Shown here piece after piece: positions 62,018 through 64,000 of a stretch of DNA of 64,000 nt. Within the stretch, counting starts at the first letter, position 1. Every line of letters starts with the position of its first letter. The stretch comes from an uncultured Spirochaetota bacterium. Lineage in GTDB: Bacteria > Spirochaetota > Spirochaetia > SZUA-6 > Fen-1364. The DNA lies in contig CAWAHW010000001.1 in the NCBI GenBank assembly GCA_963781885.1, positions 448,001 through 512,000 of the forward strand, read 5' to 3'. Position numbers and translations under genes: made by a program. The notes beneath the pieces were generated by a model. It had not been told where the DNA came from and made no database searches. It saw only the letters and a list, made by a program, of their open reading frames with translations.

Positions 62018-63436
62018 ATGGAGAATGCGAGCCCGGACTTCCTTCACCGCCTCGAGGACGCGCTTGCCCGGCGCGGGGTCTGGCTGGAGGCACATCGCAT
62101 CCCGCTCCTGAAAGACCTCGCGGGCACCTATCGGACGCTTTTTGAGAGCGTGGTCGGGACGCTCGTGAAGAAGGGGCTCCTCCGCGAGGATCCCTACGAC
62201 TACGACGCCAAGGTGAGCGCGATCCTCGTGCCGCCGGACACCGTTCTGCCCGAAGCGGAAGAGGACACGGAGCTGAGCCGGCGCATCTCCCTCTATCGCC
62301 GTCAGCTGGAGCTCCTCCTGGCCGAAACTCCCTTCACGCTCGCCTCCCTGGACCTGTCGCTTCTCAAAAAGATCTCCACTCTTTTTTCCTACGTGGACTG
62401 GGAGGGATTCGGCGAGACGTCGCACAGCCCCACGACGCGCGCGGTGGCGCACCGGGTGTCGAACGTGGGGCTCTCCCGGGACGCACTGTCGTCCCGGGTT
62501 CTCCACGAATCGCGGGTGCAGCTGGAGAAGCTGAGCCGCGACATCCGCGAACGTCTCGCGGAGGTGGAGGCATGGCAGCGCGAATCGTGGAAAGCAGCGC
62601 TGCGCGCGAAAGCGCTCCCGCGCATGCCGGCGCCGGAGGCGCGGACCGCCGAAGAACGGGCGGCGCTCGCGCGGGAGATGAAGAAGGCGTTCGACGCGGC
62701 CTCACCCGGCGGCGCGTGGCACCCGCATCTCGTGCAAGAGATACTCGGCGAGGATCACCCCCCGGGCGCAGAAGAGCGCCGGGAAAAGCTGCTCGCCTCC
62801 CTTGCCCTGCCCCAGCCCGGGGCGGCAAAACCGGACGACGGGCCCCGGCGCCGCGCCGAGCTCCTGGAGTCCATTCGCGGCCTCTGCCGCGCGGGGGAGG
62901 AGATCGGTCTCTGCCGTGAGGTCCTGGAGGAGAACGAGCGGGTCATGGACGCGCGGAAGCTCGGCGTCCTCCAGCGATTCCGACGATGGCTGCGCCGGCG
63001 CCTGGGAAGGCGCGAGGACCGCTTCTACCAGATCGAGTATCGCACGTCCGCGGGCGCGGAGCTCCTGACGGAGACAGTCGATTTTCTGCGGCTTTTGTCC
63101 GAGATGCAGGAATTGCAGGGCGTGCTCGCCGACGTCGCGCAACCGGGAAGCCCCGGGCATCGACGCGTCGAGGCGATGGACGAGGAGAGGCTCTGCGATT
63201 TCCTCGACTGGCAGGTCCGCCAGCTCCGTCAGCTCCATCGCCGCATGGAGGGGCTGAACGCGCTCTTCCAGATGAAGGCGGTGGAGGCCCGGGGCGCGTC
63301 GCCGCGGAGCATCAAGCTGGAGCTCCTGGCGATAGAGAACGGCCTCATCCGCGCCGACGCCGCGCGGCGGGAAAGCGCCGCCTGCCGGGAGACCCACGCC
63401 CGCCCGCCGGCTCCGCCGCTGCCCGCGCCCCCTTGA
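62018..63436 (+). CDS. Helical hypothetical protein (spirochaete-type conserved)
   Basis: 472-aa ORF with its own promoter. LVKKGLLREDPYDYD motif. Confidence 0.75.
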   Translation: MENASPDFLHRLEDALARRGVWLEAHRIPLLKDLAGTYRTLFESVVGTLVKKGLLREDPYDYDAKVSAILVPPDTVLPEAEEDTELSRRISLYRRQLELLLAETPFTLASLDLSLLKKISTLFSYVDWEGFGETSHSPTTRAVAHRVSNVGLSRDALSSRVLHESRVQLEKLSRDIRERLAEVEAWQRESWKAALRAKALPRMPAPEARTAEERAALAREMKKAFDAASPGGAWHPHLVQEILGEDHPPGAEERREKLLASLALPQPGAAKPDDGPRRRAELLESIRGLCRAGEEIGLCREVLEENERVMDARKLGVLQRFRRWLRRRLGRREDRFYQIEYRTSAGAELLTETVDFLRLLSEMQELQGVLADVAQPGSPGHRRVEAMDEERLCDFLDWQVRQLRQLHRRMEGLNALFQMKAVEARGASPRSIKLELLAIENGLIRADAARRESAACRETHARPPAPPLPAPP

Positions 63437-63473
63437 CGCAAAGGTGATTACATGGTATTTATCATGTAATCAC
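63433..63473 (+). promoter_or_regulatory. Promoter/operator palindrome
   Basis: TTGACG at 63433. Perfect 11-bp inverted repeat GTGATTACATG-N8-CATGTAATCAC at 63444-63473. Confidence 0.75.
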
Positions 63474-63496
63474 TCAAGAGAGAGGGGGTGGCAGCC

Positions 63497-63910
63497 ATGC
63501 GCGTGCCCATCGTCGACATCGGCAATTCGAAAGGCATCCGCATTCCCCAGGCCATCCTGAAACAGGTGCAGTTCGCGGATGAGGTGGAGATGGACGTCTC
63601 CGAGGGGAGGATCACCCTGCGCAGGTCCATCGACCCTTCCTTCGTGCCGGAGTTCCGCTCCATCGCCTCCCTGGACGATCCCACCATCCAGCGCATCCTT
63701 CGCAAGATCGGCGGATCGGACCTGATCACCGCCCTGGTCGGCGCGGACAAGAAGGTGAAGGACGCCATCTACCGCAATCTCTCCGAACGGGCGAAATCCT
63801 ACGTCGCCCCCGCGGTGGCGCGGCTGGAAAAGGGCGACGTGCGCGATCTCATCATCGAAAGGAGCCGCAACCTCCTCTGCGAGGCGCTCCTTGACGTCAT
63901 ACGGGAATAG
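63497..63910 (+). CDS. AbrB/MazE-type DNA-binding domain fused to a FliG C-terminal-like domain
   Basis: IVDIGNSKGIRIPQAILKQ..EVEMDVSEGRITL, then FRSIASLDDPTIQRILRKI..LITALVGA..VKDAIYRNLSERA. Confidence 0.8.
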   Translation: MRVPIVDIGNSKGIRIPQAILKQVQFADEVEMDVSEGRITLRRSIDPSFVPEFRSIASLDDPTIQRILRKIGGSDLITALVGADKKVKDAIYRNLSERAKSYVAPAVARLEKGDVRDLIIERSRNLLCEALLDVIRE

Positions 63911-63920
63911 GGGGTGAGAG

Positions 63921-64000
63921 GTGGCGATCAAAGGTGAATGGATCCGTTACGGCCGGGGCTCGGGGTACTTCGCGAGGCCCGAGAAGGCGGTGACGCCGCT
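63921..64000 (+). CDS. 5' end of a gene, possibly dienelactone hydrolase family (runs off the window)
   Basis: GTG start, MAIKGEWIRYGRGSGYFARPEKAVTP.. Confidence 0.45.
   Translation, partial: MAIKGEWIRYGRGSGYFARPEKAVTP

Noticed and set aside
63497-64000. Classical MazEF/VapBC toxin-antitoxin pair
   Set aside because: The visible downstream gene start looks like a hydrolase, not a PemK or PIN toxin.

Overview
A GC-rich bacterial window, probably from a free-living spirochaete (inferred from the gene families: LolA-like export module, PAS hybrid kinases, secreted ankyrins, FliG-C domain). It is accessory DNA; I saw no rRNA, tRNA or CRISPR array. The left half has an IS3 remnant fused in frame to a lipoprotein 5' end, three PAS hybrid histidine kinases, a MoxR/DUF58 cluster, several extracytoplasmic proteases and ankyrin proteins, and an Ig-like repeat gene interrupted by an IS5-type element with TIRs and a TTAG duplication. 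The right half has EVE-SRPBCC-MarR and MFS-MarR operons, a candidate RiPP locus, a two-component plus ABC/LolA-like/beta-barrel export module, degP, a sigma54-driven MacAB-like cassette, and an AbrB/MazE-FliG-C fusion gene with a palindromic operator. The candidate RiPP locus consists of an orphan peptide-binding protein, a 31-codon Cys-Cys precursor with an in-frame TAG that the ORF track missed, a hairpin, and a radical SAM/SPASM maturase. More than a dozen single-base frameshifts in otherwise intact genes suggest sequencing or assembly indel errors, so pseudogene and recoding calls are tentative. All family assignments come from motif recognition, not database searches.
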